This document shows positions 40,274-51,731 of a stretch of 64,000 nt of DNA, one piece after another. The DNA is from a candidate division WOR-3 bacterium (GTDB lineage: Bacteria; Hydrothermota; Tepidihabitantia; Tepidihabitantales; Tepidihabitantaceae). The DNA is taken from positions 32,001 to 96,000 of the forward strand of contig CBFGIT010000009.1 of the NCBI GenBank assembly GCA_965648905.1, in the 5' to 3' direction. The position numbers were made by a program, and so were the translations under genes. The number at the start of each line of letters is the position of its first letter. Position 1 is the first letter of the stretch. Under the pieces are notes generated by a model, which was not told the origin of the DNA, did no database searches, and saw only the letters and a program-made list of their open reading frames with translations.

Positions 40274-41629
40274 ATCGTCAGGTCTCGACTTCTCTTCTTG
40301 TTCGCCCTGGTCGCACTGACCAGGGCCGGGTTTCTTGCTCCGCCGTATCTTCAGAATCTCACCGACAGCTCGGTGGTTGTGCGCTGGGTAACCGCGAGCG
40401 CAGAGTCAGGCCGGGTCGATTACGGACTGACGAGCGGCTATGGTCTGAGCGTGGCTCAGCCAGGGCCGTCTCTCGACCACGAGCTTGAACTGCCCGGGCT
40501 CGAACCGGACACGGTCTACCATTACCGTGTGCGGTCCGGGCCGGATTCAACTTCGGATGCTCTGTTCCCGAGTGCGGTGCGTGACCGGCCGGGTTTCCGC
40601 CTGCTGGTCTGTGGCGACACGCACGGTGACAGTGCCGCGAACCAGGCGGTGGTCAACCGGATGGAGCAGGTCGAACCCCGCCCCGGCCTGTTCATTCACA
40701 CCGGCGATGTCAGCGCGGCCGGACAGGCGGCTCAGCTCTGCGCGTTCTTCAGACAGGAACGGAACATCCTGAACCGGACATGTCTTTTCCCGGCAATCGG
40801 CAACCACGATGCCGACAGCATGAACAACTGGTACCGTTTCTTTGCCCTGCCGGGCAACGAGCGCTACTACTCCTTTCGTTGCGGGAGTGTCTCTTGCTAC
40901 ATGCTGAATTCCTACGAGTCGGTCGGCCCGGGCACAAGTCAGTACGAATGGCTGCTCGCCGGGCTCAGGCAGGACAGTGCCAATCCGTCAGTCCGGCACA
41001 TCATGGTCGTGCTGCACACGCCGCCCTATACGACCAACACGAGCTACTCAGGCAACGCCGAGGTCCGGCAGTACCTCTGTCCGCTGTTTGAGCGGTTCCG
41101 GGTTGCCGTCGTCTTCTGCGGTCATGTTCATGCCTACGAGCACAGCCTTGTGAACGGCGTGCACTACATCACGACCGGCGGCGGCGGTGCGTCGCTCTCG
41201 CGGAACTGGAACTCGGCCCAGCCTTACACCGTGTTTCGCGAGGCGAGCTACGGATTCGTGCTCGTGGACGTGTACGGCGACACCTTGCGCACGCGCGGGG
41301 TCAGGCTCGACGGAACCGAATACGACCCGCTGGTGATTGTCGCCGGCACGGTCGGAACAACCGAGGACTGTCCGACGTTCCGCACCGGCAGTCAACTGCG
41401 GCCAACCGGCCGGGCCGGAGTCAGGTTCAGCCTGAAAGAACCCGGGCTGGTCCGTGCCGCGCTGTTCGACGTCTCAGGCCGGAAGCGTGCTTCGACCCCG
41501 GCCCGGATGCTCGGCCCGGGTGAGCATGTGCTCACTTGGGACACAGCCCGGCTTGCGGCCGGAGTCTACGTCTGTCTGATTCAGGCCGGAGAGGAGTCCC
41601 TGACGGTGCGGCTCGCCATCGCCCGCTGA
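40274..41629 (+). CDS. Secreted metallophosphoesterase (purple acid phosphatase-like, Fn3 N-domain, T9SS-like CTD); start uncertain (ATC 40274 or TTG 40298)
   Basis: PYLQN; GDTH, HTGD, GNHD, HTPPY, GHVHAYE metallophosphoesterase motifs; FDVSGR...LAAGVY. Confidence 0.85.
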   Translation: MVRSRLLFLFALVALTRAGFLAPPYLQNLTDSSVVVRWVTASAESGRVDYGLTSGYGLSVAQPGPSLDHELELPGLEPDTVYHYRVRSGPDSTSDALFPSAVRDRPGFRLLVCGDTHGDSAANQAVVNRMEQVEPRPGLFIHTGDVSAAGQAAQLCAFFRQERNILNRTCLFPAIGNHDADSMNNWYRFFALPGNERYYSFRCGSVSCYMLNSYESVGPGTSQYEWLLAGLRQDSANPSVRHIMVVLHTPPYTTNTSYSGNAEVRQYLCPLFERFRVAVVFCGHVHAYEHSLVNGVHYITTGGGGASLSRNWNSAQPYTVFREASYGFVLVDVYGDTLRTRGVRLDGTEYDPLVIVAGTVGTTEDCPTFRTGSQLRPTGRAGVRFSLKEPGLVRAALFDVSGRKRASTPARMLGPGEHVLTWDTARLAAGVYVCLIQAGEESLTVRLAIAR

Positions 41630-41899
41630 CCAGCGGGGTTCGAGTCCAAGAGCCGGCGCCACGCCGACCAGCCGAAACCGTTCCGAATTCAAGAAAGAAG
41701 GCCGCGATGCGACACACGGCCGGGTGTTGCTAGTATGCAGGTCAACTTGGCGCCTTGGGTCCGGCACCCGGGGCGCCGCTGTCGACCCGGCAGAACGTAA
41801 TACGCTCGCGGCTGGGGGGACAGCGCCGAATGCGCAAGGCACGGCGAGGGAAACTGCCGGAAACAAAGTTCTCTGAGACCGACAGAGAGGAGTGGCCGC

Positions 41900-44800
41900 A
41901 TGAACAGGACCGTAATTCTGCTAGTGGGTTTGACGACTGCGCTCTTCGCGCAGGTTGACACGACGCGCGTGGACACTGCGTGGGTCAGAAGCTGGCCCCG
42001 GAGCGGCAACGACAATGACTATCTGGTGGACATGGTGCTAGATTCGTCCGGCACCGTCTACGCCACTGGTCACCACTATGACAACTCCCAGATTGTCACC
42101 TTGAGCTACAACTCCGCGGGCACGCGGCGATGGGTGCAGACCTTCGACAGTATGCCCACCGGAGAGGATATCGCCAACGCGATAGCTATTGACCGTCGGA
42201 CCGGCAGCGTATACGTCACCGGCAAGACCTACAGTCCTGTCCATACCAGTAAGGATCTTCTGCTGGTCAAATACAGCAACGACGGCGTGCGGCAGTGGGC
42301 GGTGCTGCATGACAACATCACAGGCGACGATGAGGGCTACGACGTCGAGGTCGACCAGTCTGGGTACATCTACATCGCCGGTGGCCTGGGCTGCAACAGA
42401 CCAGACCTGGAGTGGAGGATGGATGGCGGGGTCGTGAAGTACGACTCGATGGGGAATTTGGTTTGGGCTCGACACCACGAAGCACCGTTTGCCGGCTTCT
42501 TCTACGGGCTTGTGCTCGACGCGAACTCGAACATCTACGTCTGCGGTATCGCCACACAACGCGGTTATCAAGAAGTACAACGCCAACGGTGACTCGCTCT
42601 GGTGCCAGGTCTACGATGGTGGGTACGGTGACGACTTGTTCAACAACATCAAGTTCGACCGGGCCGGCAACCTGCTCGTCACCGGTGCCAGCGTGGGCAG
42701 TGGGTCGGGCTTCGATATCGTGACCGCGAAGTACGACACTGCGGGCAACCGACTATGGCTCACGCGCTGGAACGGGTCGGCAAGCACCGAGGATTGGCCC
42801 TACGGTATGGCGGTGGACTCGGACAACAACGTCATCGTCGCCGGCTACTACAACAACGGGGCAGGCTGGGTGATACTGAAGTACGACTCCGGCGGCACAC
42901 GCAAGTGGGACCGGTACCCATCAAGCAATACGGCTCGGGCCGTTGCGGTTGACCTCGCTGGCAACATCTATGCGACCGGGTCCACCTGGCGCCCCTACTA
43001 CGGCTGGGAGGTACTGACTCTGAAATACACGGCTTCGGGCGTACCGGTCTGGCGTCACACCTACAACGCGGCTGGCAATGGCGGCGACGGCGGTAGGGCG
43101 ATTGCGGTGGACAACTCAGGCTTCGTCTACGTTGCCGGAGTAGACGTACCGGACAACCGCGCTGACTGCGTAGTCCTGAAGTACGTGCAGAAGACCGACG
43201 TCGAGCTGAAGCGACTGCTTGCGCCGCTGGGACGCATCGCGCCCGGAACGGTCGTGACGCCTGCCTGTTCGGTGAGTAACAACGGCGGTTCGGCCGTGAC
43301 CTATCAGGTGCGGATGCGGATAGGCTCGTCTTATGACCAGACCGTGACCGTAACGGCGCAGCCGCCGATTTCAACCCGGCGGGTGACGTTCCCGAACTGG
43401 ACCGCAAACCCGCCCGGGAGCTGGGCAGTAAGCTGCAGCACGGTGCTCGCTGCGGACTACAACCACGCCAATGATAAGGCCACCGGCCGCGTTGCGGTGG
43501 CCAGCGGGTCCGGCCCGGCAGTGACCGAGGTTTGGCCGGACAATGGCGGCAACAATGGCTCGATACAGGTCGGCATCGCGGGCGAGAACTTCGACCCGGA
43601 CACTCGGGGCTGCGTTGAAGTACGCCTGCGCAAGTCTGGGGTTCCGGACCTCTCGTTTGTCGCGGCCGTGGTCAACAGCCGCTATGCCGTTGGCACACTG
43701 AACCTGCGCGATGCCGAGACCGGGCTCTATGACCTGGTGCTGCGGGATGGAACCGGCGATTCAACTGTCGCCAACAGCGCGTTCTTGGTTCAGTCGGTGA
43801 GACGCAGCGCGGTCTGTCAGGTCGTCGGGCAGCCCACAATACGTCGGGGCCGGGTGGTGACCTACCGCCTGACGTTTGTAAACGCTGGGAACGTGGACTA
43901 CGAAGACCCGTGCATGTTGCTGATATGCCCGGCGTTTCTCCATATCCTAGCGCTGACCGACGAAGCGGGCAACAACATATCATGGGACCGCCTGAATATC
44001 GGCAACAACCTCGCCAATGGCCTTGCGAACTATCCGCAGTTCTGGCAGGGCGCAGACTCCGGACTCTGCACGCTGGCCCTGAAGCCGCCGGTGCTGACGC
44101 GGGGCAAGCTGCTGCGCGGGTGCAAGGTGATAGTCGACATGACAGTCGAGGCGGTGTTCGACGGCATCGGCTGGATTGGGTTCCGCGCGCTGGTGCGCGA
44201 GGCAGCAGCGCCGCCCAGCCCGGACGGCGGCACTACCGTGCTGCACGCCCTGCATCACCGGGCGTTCGGCAACGAACCGTGGTGCCCGCGCTCGAATGAC
44301 TCGCTCGACGTGCTCTGGCGTCAGGCCTATGACGGCGCGGTCTGGATGATGGGTGATTCCACTTCGGTCATGATGCCGCCGAACCGCGGTGGCCGCGAGC
44401 CGGTCTCCGTACCACTCCGGCCGGCTTCGGACTTCATGGGTCAGTTCTACAGCCGACTGATGCAACCCGACTCCGGTCGTTTCCGGGGCTTCTTCAACGC
44501 CCATACCGGCGGCCGCGCTCTGCCCGGCAGGCCAGACCCGGTGACAGGAACCCGGCGGCAGGTCGAAGGCAATGGACTGCCCGCAATGGTGCCGCACTGG
44601 CCCATGACCAGCGCGTTCTACAACCTCGGACACCAGATGGTGCAGATTGCCAAAGAGCACTGCGACACGCTGCCCAACCCCGAGCTCGACCTGGGCGAGG
44701 TCGTGCTGCTGCAGGACCCGCCCGGCGCAATCGAGCACATCGCCGTGGTCAGTTCGTGGGACCCCAACGACAAGTACGGTGCATCGGGCAGCGACACGCT

Positions 44801-47381
44801 GCGGCACTATGTGCCCGTGACCGAACGGCTGGACTACACGATTCACTTCGAGAACCTCGACTCGGCAACCGCGCCGGCCGAGACAGTGGTGGTAACAGAC
44901 CAGATAGATTCGGACCTCAACTGGGAAACGCTCGTGCTCGACTCGGTGAGCCATCCGTTGGTCTGCCACGCGGTCGCGGACTCAAACACCAACACCATCA
45001 CGTGGCACTTCGACGACATCAATCTACCGCCGAACCGCAACCCACCTGAAGGCGAAGGCTGGGTCAAGTTCCATATCTGGCCCAAGTCGTGGCGCGCGTC
45101 CGGCACCGAGGTGAAGAACGCGGCGACCATAGTGTTTGACAATAACGCGCCGATGACGACCGACACGGTCTTGAACACGCTCGATGCCGGCTGGCCTTCG
45201 AGTTCGGTGCGGCCGATGCCCGACACCACCGCCAGCGCCCAAGTAACCGTCCGCTGGAACGGCAGCGACGAGGCCCAGGGTTCGGGCATCGGGTACTACA
45301 ACGTCTACGCCCGAACCGGCAGTACGCCCTGGCGCCTGGTCTTCGGCCCGACGCGGGACACAATGGGCCAGTTCACTGCCGAGAACGAAACCCGCTACTA
45401 CTTCTACTCGGTCGCGGTTGACCGGGTCGGCCATGTCGAGGCCGCCCCAAGCCTGCCCGACGACTCAACGTTTGTCATCGGCATCGCCCCACCGGTCCTC
45501 ATCACGCCGCCGGACACGCTCTATGCGCCGGGCGGGGTGCTTGCCGACTCTACGCCCCAGTTTGTCTGGACATCGACCGCGGGCAATGACGGCACCTATA
45601 CGCTCCAGTACTCCGCAGACAGCGCCTTTGTCTCCGGCGTGGTGACACGCTCCGGTCTTGCTGCGACAACCTACACTGTGCCGGATACATCTGCCCTGCG
45701 CGATACGACCTGGTTCTGGCGGGTAGAGGCAGTGGGCCCGCGCGGTGCGCACAGCGGCTATGCTGCCCCGCGGCGGTTCCGCGTCGACGTCCGGCCTCCG
45801 GCTGCGCCGCGACTGCTCTTACCCTCGGACGGCGCGGTCATTGACTCCACTTTCACATTCTACTGGTCCGCGATTCGGGGCGAAGCGGTCGACTACCTGC
45901 TCTGCTTCAGTGCCGACAGCATCTTCGACCCGAACATCAGCCACGGCGTCCGCACCGGCGACACCAGCTATCGGGTGCCGGACTGGGTCGCGTTCAACGA
46001 TACAACCTACTACTGGGTCGTCCGCGCCCGGGACCGCGGCGGCAACTACAGCCCGCTTCAGGTACGTCCGTTCCGCTTCACCGTGGACCGCCAGCCGGCG
46101 ATATCCGGCGTGGCACGGTACTATGCCGGCACGAATCCGCCAGTGCCGAACGCGAAGCTGGTCATGACCGGCGCACGCAATGACACCGTACTCAGCGATG
46201 TGCGGGGCAGCTACGCTTTCACCGGTCTCACGCGCGGCCAGAACTACTCGACGCGGCCCGAACGGGTCAGCCCGTCGCGCGAGCCCGCGGTCTCCTCGTT
46301 CGATGCGGCCATGGCCCTGCAGCACTCGGTGCGGCGCGACACGCTTGACTCGCTCCAGTTCCGCGCTGCGGACGTAAGCGGCGACAGCACGGTCTCGTCC
46401 TTTGACGCCGGGCTGATACTGCAGTACGCGGTCAGCCGCATCCGCCACTTCCCGGTCGGACGCCGGCCCGGGCTTGATACGGTCGACTGGGCGTTCCGCC
46501 CGCCGCTGCGCAGCTACAGCTCGCTGCCCGGACACCAGATCGGCCAGGACTTCCGCTCGATTCTGTACGGCGACCCGTCCGGCAACTGGCCCGCGGCCGA
46601 GTTCTTCTGCGCATGGGAGGACCCGTCCGCGGACAAACGCTTCTTCAGCGCCAACCTGCCCGACGAACAGACGGTGAGCCTGCCGGCCGGCGCAGTCAAC
46701 GCACCCCCGGCCCTCAACGCCCAGGATGACGTCGATGCGCGAGGTGAAGTCGTGTTCCCGGTTGTTGTACCGGACGCACGCGGCGCGGTGTCGGCCGACA
46801 TGCTGGTCCGCTACGATGCCGAGGCGCTGACTCTCACCGGTGTGCGTACGACCAAAGCAACAACCGGCTTCCTCGTTGCCGCGGTAGAGCAGAACGGCCT
46901 TGTCCGAGTAGGCATGGCCGGAACGTCTCCGCTCCGTGGTGAAGTGCCGCTCGTCGAGCTCCACTTCGCCGCACGCATCGTGGAGAACGAATACAACCGG
47001 GCGTCTCGCCCGACCGAGGTCATCTGGCTCGTTCTCGACGAAGGCCGACTGCCCGAGAGCGAATCCGAAGGCGCGATGGGTGGCAGGAGTCGGCTGCCGG
47101 CCGCCTTCTTCCTGAGTCAGCCGGTTCCCAATCCGTTCCAGCACGGCGCACGCATCAACTTCGGCCTGCCCCGCTCAGCACGGGTGCAACTGGCGGTCTT
47201 TGATGCGGTCGGCCGTCAGGTTCGTACGCTCGCCTCAGGCCCGCGTGCAGCCGGCTATCACACGGTAACATGGGATGGCCGGGACCAGCGCGGCCGACAA
47301 CTTGCCAACGGCGTCTACTTCGTGCGCCTGACCGCAGATAAACAGCGGTTCGGACGCCGCGTAACCCTGCTGCACCAGTAA
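41900..47381 (+). pseudogene. Very large secreted protein (~1826 aa if restored): SBBP propeller, CARDB, IPT-like, DPNDK domain, Fn3, dockerin, cohesin, FlgD CTD; frameshift near 42555
   Basis: ORF 41900..42592 blades continue in ORF 42489..47381 (IYVCGIAT|HNAVIKKYNANGD); SWDPNDKYG; ADVSGDSTVSSFDAGLILQY dockerin; WDGRDQRGRQLANGVYF. Confidence 0.8.
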
Positions 47382-47394
47382 GAAAGGAACCGCC

Positions 47395-48138
47395 ATGCAA
47401 ATGACAACACAGGCCACCACGGACAAGAAGGCCGGGCTCGCGATGCTCGCTCTGCTGCTCGCCATCGGGTTCGCTCAGGCAGTGCAGGTCTGGATTCCGG
47501 ACTCGGTGCCCGGCGCTTCCGGCGACACGGTCGCCGTGCCCCTGCTCGTGTCCGGCTACCAGGGGATGAACGTCATCTCCGCGGACATCACCGTGCTGTT
47601 CGGCGACAACGTGTTGACCGCCACCGGCTCCTACCGACTGGGCAACGCGACCAGCGGCTGGATGGTAGCTACCAACCCGTTCCCTTGCAGCCTGCTCGTG
47701 GGCATGGCCAGCGCCGACCCGCTGGCCTCAGGTGATACGCTCATCTTCCTCGACTTCGCGGTCGACGCGGCCGACACAACAACCATCACCCTGCTGCGCT
47801 GCCGGCTCAACGAAGGACAGGTGCCGTGCACGACCCGGGCCGGCAGGTTCTTCGGATATGTGCCGGGTGTCGAAGAAGCGCACCGCCGGCAGGTCGCGGC
47901 CGAGTTCGCACTCGCCCCTAACCCGGCGCACGGAGCGGTCTGCCTGCGCGCTGCCCAGACCGGTCGCATCGAAATCACCGACGCGGCCGGGAACCTGGTA
48001 CGGCAGTTCACGAGTCAACCTGCGGTCACGTGGGACGGCTGCGACGAATCGGGCCGGCCCGTGCCCGACGGCATATACTTCTGCACCCTGCAGAGCGGCA
48101 GAGTATCAACCTGCCGCAAGCTCGTCTTGGCACGATAG
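47395..48138 (+). CDS. Secreted cohesin-domain protein with FlgD CTD
   Basis: Signal peptide; GDTVAVPL...ISADITVLF...VGMASADPL..GDTLIFLDF; WDGCDESGRPVPDGIYF. Confidence 0.75.
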   Translation: MQMTTQATTDKKAGLAMLALLLAIGFAQAVQVWIPDSVPGASGDTVAVPLLVSGYQGMNVISADITVLFGDNVLTATGSYRLGNATSGWMVATNPFPCSLLVGMASADPLASGDTLIFLDFAVDAADTTTITLLRCRLNEGQVPCTTRAGRFFGYVPGVEEAHRRQVAAEFALAPNPAHGAVCLRAAQTGRIEITDAAGNLVRQFTSQPAVTWDGCDESGRPVPDGIYFCTLQSGRVSTCRKLVLAR

Positions 48139-48239
48139 CGCAACGCTGCAACTGGGGCCTGCCGGCGACAGATGCGCCCGGCAGGCCCCAGGCTTTGTCA
48201 GGAGAAGCACCTGCCGGAAGTGAAGACCCTGTTCGCCGG

Positions 48240-48268
48240 TTGCATTCGGTCAGGCGCGTTTCTATACT
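48240..48268 (+). promoter_or_regulatory. Sigma70-type promoter for rtcB (likely leaderless)
   Basis: TTGCAT-17nt-TATACT, 5 nt before ATG 48274. Confidence 0.6.
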
Positions 48269-48273
48269 GATTC

Positions 48274-49746
48274 ATGCCCAACTGGAACGGACCGCTGGAG
48301 AAGCTGGACGACAACCGGCTGAGAATTCCGAAGAGCTACCACCCGAAGATGCGGGTGGACGGAATCATCTATGCTGACGCGAACCTGATTGACGACATCA
48401 AGGCTGACCAAGCACCGGAGCAGGTCGCAAACGTCGCAACCCTGCCCGGCATCGTCGGCCATTCCATGGCCATGCCTGATATCCACTGGGGCTACGGGTT
48501 TCCCATTGGCGGCGTGGCCGCATTCACCGTCTCTGAAGGCGTAGTCTCACCCGGCGGCGTAGGCTATGACATCAACTGCGGCGTGCGCCTGCTGCGTACC
48601 AAGCTTGGACGTGAGGATTTGAAACCGCAGCTACTCGAACGTCTGGTCCGCGCCATCTACGACAACGTGCCTTCAGGCGTTGGCTCCAAGGGCAAGATTC
48701 GCATCTCCCAGTCCGAGGTGGCTCAGGTGCTGACCCGTGGTGCACGCTGGGCTGTTGACTCAGGCTACGGCACTGAAGAGGACCTTGAGTACACCGAGGA
48801 ACACGGCCAGATGGCCGGCGCTGACCTGGCCGGTGTGTCCGAGCGGGCGTTGGAGCGCGGTATGCCGCAACTCGGCACGCTCGGCGCGGGCAACCATTTT
48901 CTTGAAATCCAGGAAGTGGCCGAGGTGTTCGACCCCAAGGCAGCCGAGACCCTAGGTATCAGCCTGGGCCAGATTACCGTGATGATTCACACCGGCTCGC
49001 GCGGACTCGGGTATCAGATATGCGACGACAACGTCAAAGTACTCGGCGCAGTATCGAAGAAGTACGGCATCGAGCTGGTGGACCGGCAGCTTGCCTGTGC
49101 GCCGATTGAGTCGCCCGAAGGCCGGAGGTACTTCGGGGCCATGGTCTGCGCGGCCAATTACGCTTGGGCAAACCGGCAGGCGATTGCCCACTGGGTGCGC
49201 GAGGCATTCAGTCAGGTGCTCGGGCTGTCGATGGAGCAACTCGGCATGGGCCAGGTCTACGACGTCGCGCACAACATCGCCAAGTTCGAGCAGCACACCG
49301 TGCTCAAGACGAACGGCGAGAGGCGAACGGCGAATCTCTGCGTGCACCGTAAGGGTGCGACCCGCGCGTTCGGCCCGGGCGACCCAACAATCCCCGCGCG
49401 CTACCGGCATCTTGGCCAGCCGGTGCTGATTCCCGGCGACATGGGCACAAGCTCGTATCTCCTGCTCGGCACGGCCCAGGCTGAGCAGGAGACATTCGGC
49501 TCAGCCTGTCACGGCGCGGGCCGGGTCTGGTCACGCACCCGGGCGCTGAAAGAGACCGAACGCCGCAACGTCGCAACTGAACTGCGTTCCAAGGGCATCA
49601 TGGTTATGGCAGCAAGCCGCGAGGTTCTGCGCGAAGAAGTGCCGGACGCGTACAAGGACGTGGACAAGGTCGTCGACGTCTGCCATCGTGCCGGCATCGC
49701 GAGAAAGGTAGCGAGGATGAGGCCGCTCGGGGTGGTTAAAGGATGA
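48274..49746 (+). CDS. rtcB: RNA-splicing/repair ligase RtcB
   Basis: MPDIHWGYGFPIG; GVGYDINCG; GTLGAGNHFLE; HTGSRG; HNIA; HRKGAT; HGAGR. Confidence 0.95.
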   Translation: MPNWNGPLEKLDDNRLRIPKSYHPKMRVDGIIYADANLIDDIKADQAPEQVANVATLPGIVGHSMAMPDIHWGYGFPIGGVAAFTVSEGVVSPGGVGYDINCGVRLLRTKLGREDLKPQLLERLVRAIYDNVPSGVGSKGKIRISQSEVAQVLTRGARWAVDSGYGTEEDLEYTEEHGQMAGADLAGVSERALERGMPQLGTLGAGNHFLEIQEVAEVFDPKAAETLGISLGQITVMIHTGSRGLGYQICDDNVKVLGAVSKKYGIELVDRQLACAPIESPEGRRYFGAMVCAANYAWANRQAIAHWVREAFSQVLGLSMEQLGMGQVYDVAHNIAKFEQHTVLKTNGERRTANLCVHRKGATRAFGPGDPTIPARYRHLGQPVLIPGDMGTSSYLLLGTAQAEQETFGSACHGAGRVWSRTRALKETERRNVATELRSKGIMVMAASREVLREEVPDAYKDVDKVVDVCHRAGIARKVARMRPLGVVKG

Positions 49747-49790
49747 GCCGCGCCCGGGGCGCAGAATGATGAATCCTCGGATTGTTTGCC

Positions 49791-51695
49791 ATGACCTTCG
49801 CCGATAGGGTAGCGGCCGCGCCCGAGTCACCCGGCGTCTACCTGCTCAAGGACGCGCGCGGCCGCGTGCTATATGTCGGCAAAGCGCGCGTCCTGCGCGA
49901 GCGACTGAAGAGCTACATCCAGCCCCAGGATGACCCACGCCTGCGCGCGCTCGTGAGCCGGGTCAAGGACCTGGAGACAATCGTCACGCGCACCGAAGTC
50001 GAGGCGCTGATTCTTGAAGAGAATCTGGTCAAGTTCAAGAAGCCGCGGTATAACGTGCGGATGCGGGACGACAAGAAGTACCCCTACTTGAAGATAACCA
50101 CGGCCGAGCCGTTTCCCCGTATCTTCGTGACCCGAAATCTGAAACAGGACGGCTCGGTCTTTTTCGGGCCGTACACTTCGGCCCGCGAGCTGCGCAAGGC
50201 GCTGCGGGCGGTGAAGCGCATCTTCAGGCTGAGAACCTGCAAACGCGAACTGCCTGATGCTCGGCTTGGGACACGATCCGAAACGTCGGACGTTTCGGTC
50301 ATGTCCCGCGCGGCCCGGCCATGCCTCAACTTCGAGCTGAACCGCTGCACCGGGCCATGTGCTGGCCGGCTCACTCAGGAGCAGTACGGCGAGCAGGTCA
50401 AGTATGTGATTGCGTTTCTTTCCGGCCGCTCTGACGAGCTGACCGAGCAGGTCGAGCAGCGGATGTGGGCCGCCTCCAAAGCGCAGGAGTTCGAGGTCGC
50501 GGCGTGCCTGCGCGACCAGCTCATGGCCTTGCGCGAAATCCGCAAGGACCAGCAGGCCGTGCTTCAGGACAAGACCAGCCGGGACGTCATCGGCCTGGCC
50601 CGGGGCGACAAGGCTGCGGTTGCCGTCCTGTTCCGCGTCCGCGAGGGCAAGATTGTCGCCCGCGAGGAGTATCCGCTCACTGCCGGCAGAGACGTGCCTG
50701 ATGCCGAGGTACTTTCGACCGTGGTCCGGTCGGTGCACACGCATACGCACGACATCCCTGAGGAGATTGTCCTGCCCGCTGTCATCGATGACGCGGACGT
50801 GCTCGAGGCGCTGTTTGCCGAACGCCGGGGCAGGAAGGTAGTTATCCGCGTACCCGAGCGCGGGGAAAAGGTGCGGCTCGTCGAGCTGGCTCGTGCCAAT
50901 GCCGAGAAGGCGCTTGTCGAACTTGCGCCTGAGGAGAAGGTGCCGCAGGCCAACCGCGAACTGGCCAAGATTCTCGGGCTTGCTACTGTGCCGAGGCTGA
51001 TTGAAGGTGTGGACATCTCAAACACACAGGGCACGAACGCGGTCGGCTCTATCGTCGTGTTCCGCGACGACCGGCCCACCAGGCAGCAGTACCGGCTGTT
51101 CAAGATTCGCGGCGCGAGACCACGCCGCGAAAACGGGGACTGTACCGGATTGCGGCCGCGTCCTCGCGGCCGGGGACTGTCCCCGTTTTCGTCAAGTCCG
51201 GACGATTGCGCGATGATTGAAGAAGTGCTCATGCGGCGCGTGCGCGGTCTGCTGGAGAAGAATCGGCCTCTGCCTGACCTCGTACTTGTCGACGGAGGCA
51301 AAGGCCAGCTCTCCTCTGCAGTCAAGGCCTACGGCCGGTTTGATGCCGACATCCCGATTCTTGGGCTGGCCAAGCGCACTGACACGCTCTACTACGTTGA
51401 CGGCCGCGAGATAGCCATCCCTGCTACGTCGCCGGCGCTCAAGCTCCTGAAGCGCATCCGCGACGAGTCGCACCGCTTCGCCATCACCTTTCACCGCAAG
51501 CTGCGCGGCAAGAAGATGGTTGAATCCGAACTTGACACGATTCCCGGACTCGGGCCCGTGCGCAGGAAAGCGCTCATCCAGCACTTCGGTTCGCTTGACA
51601 AGGTACGCCTTGCCTCAGCCGCAGAGATTGCCCGGGTCAAAGGCTTTGGCCCGGCCCTGGCCGATAAGGTATTTCGCGGGTTGCACCCCGGATAA
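49791..51695 (+). CDS. uvrC: Excinuclease ABC subunit C, with two in-frame palindromic insertions
   Basis: GIY-YIG (PGVY..YVGKA..LRERL), PRYN..DDKKYPY, DISN, DGGKGQ, RDESHRFA, C-terminal HhH. Confidence 0.95.
   Translation: MTFADRVAAAPESPGVYLLKDARGRVLYVGKARVLRERLKSYIQPQDDPRLRALVSRVKDLETIVTRTEVEALILEENLVKFKKPRYNVRMRDDKKYPYLKITTAEPFPRIFVTRNLKQDGSVFFGPYTSARELRKALRAVKRIFRLRTCKRELPDARLGTRSETSDVSVMSRAARPCLNFELNRCTGPCAGRLTQEQYGEQVKYVIAFLSGRSDELTEQVEQRMWAASKAQEFEVAACLRDQLMALREIRKDQQAVLQDKTSRDVIGLARGDKAAVAVLFRVREGKIVAREEYPLTAGRDVPDAEVLSTVVRSVHTHTHDIPEEIVLPAVIDDADVLEALFAERRGRKVVIRVPERGEKVRLVELARANAEKALVELAPEEKVPQANRELAKILGLATVPRLIEGVDISNTQGTNAVGSIVVFRDDRPTRQQYRLFKIRGARPRRENGDCTGLRPRPRGRGLSPFSSSPDDCAMIEEVLMRRVRGLLEKNRPLPDLVLVDGGKGQLSSAVKAYGRFDADIPILGLAKRTDTLYYVDGREIAIPATSPALKLLKRIRDESHRFAITFHRKLRGKKMVESELDTIPGLGPVRRKALIQHFGSLDKVRLASAAEIARVKGFGPALADKVFRGLHPG
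50268..50307. repeat. 40-bp palindromic element within uvrC
   Basis: GGGACA..CCGAAACGT-CGG-ACGTTTCGG..TGTCCC. Confidence 0.75.
51128..51191. repeat. 64-bp REP-like palindromic element within uvrC
   Basis: 13-bp perfect IR CGAAAACGGGGAC/GTCCCCGTTTTCG enclosing CGGCCGCG-TCCT-CGCGGCCG. Confidence 0.8.
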
Positions 51696-51731
51696 CCTTG
51701 ACTTGTGGGCCTCGTGTGGTTAAATCGAGTT

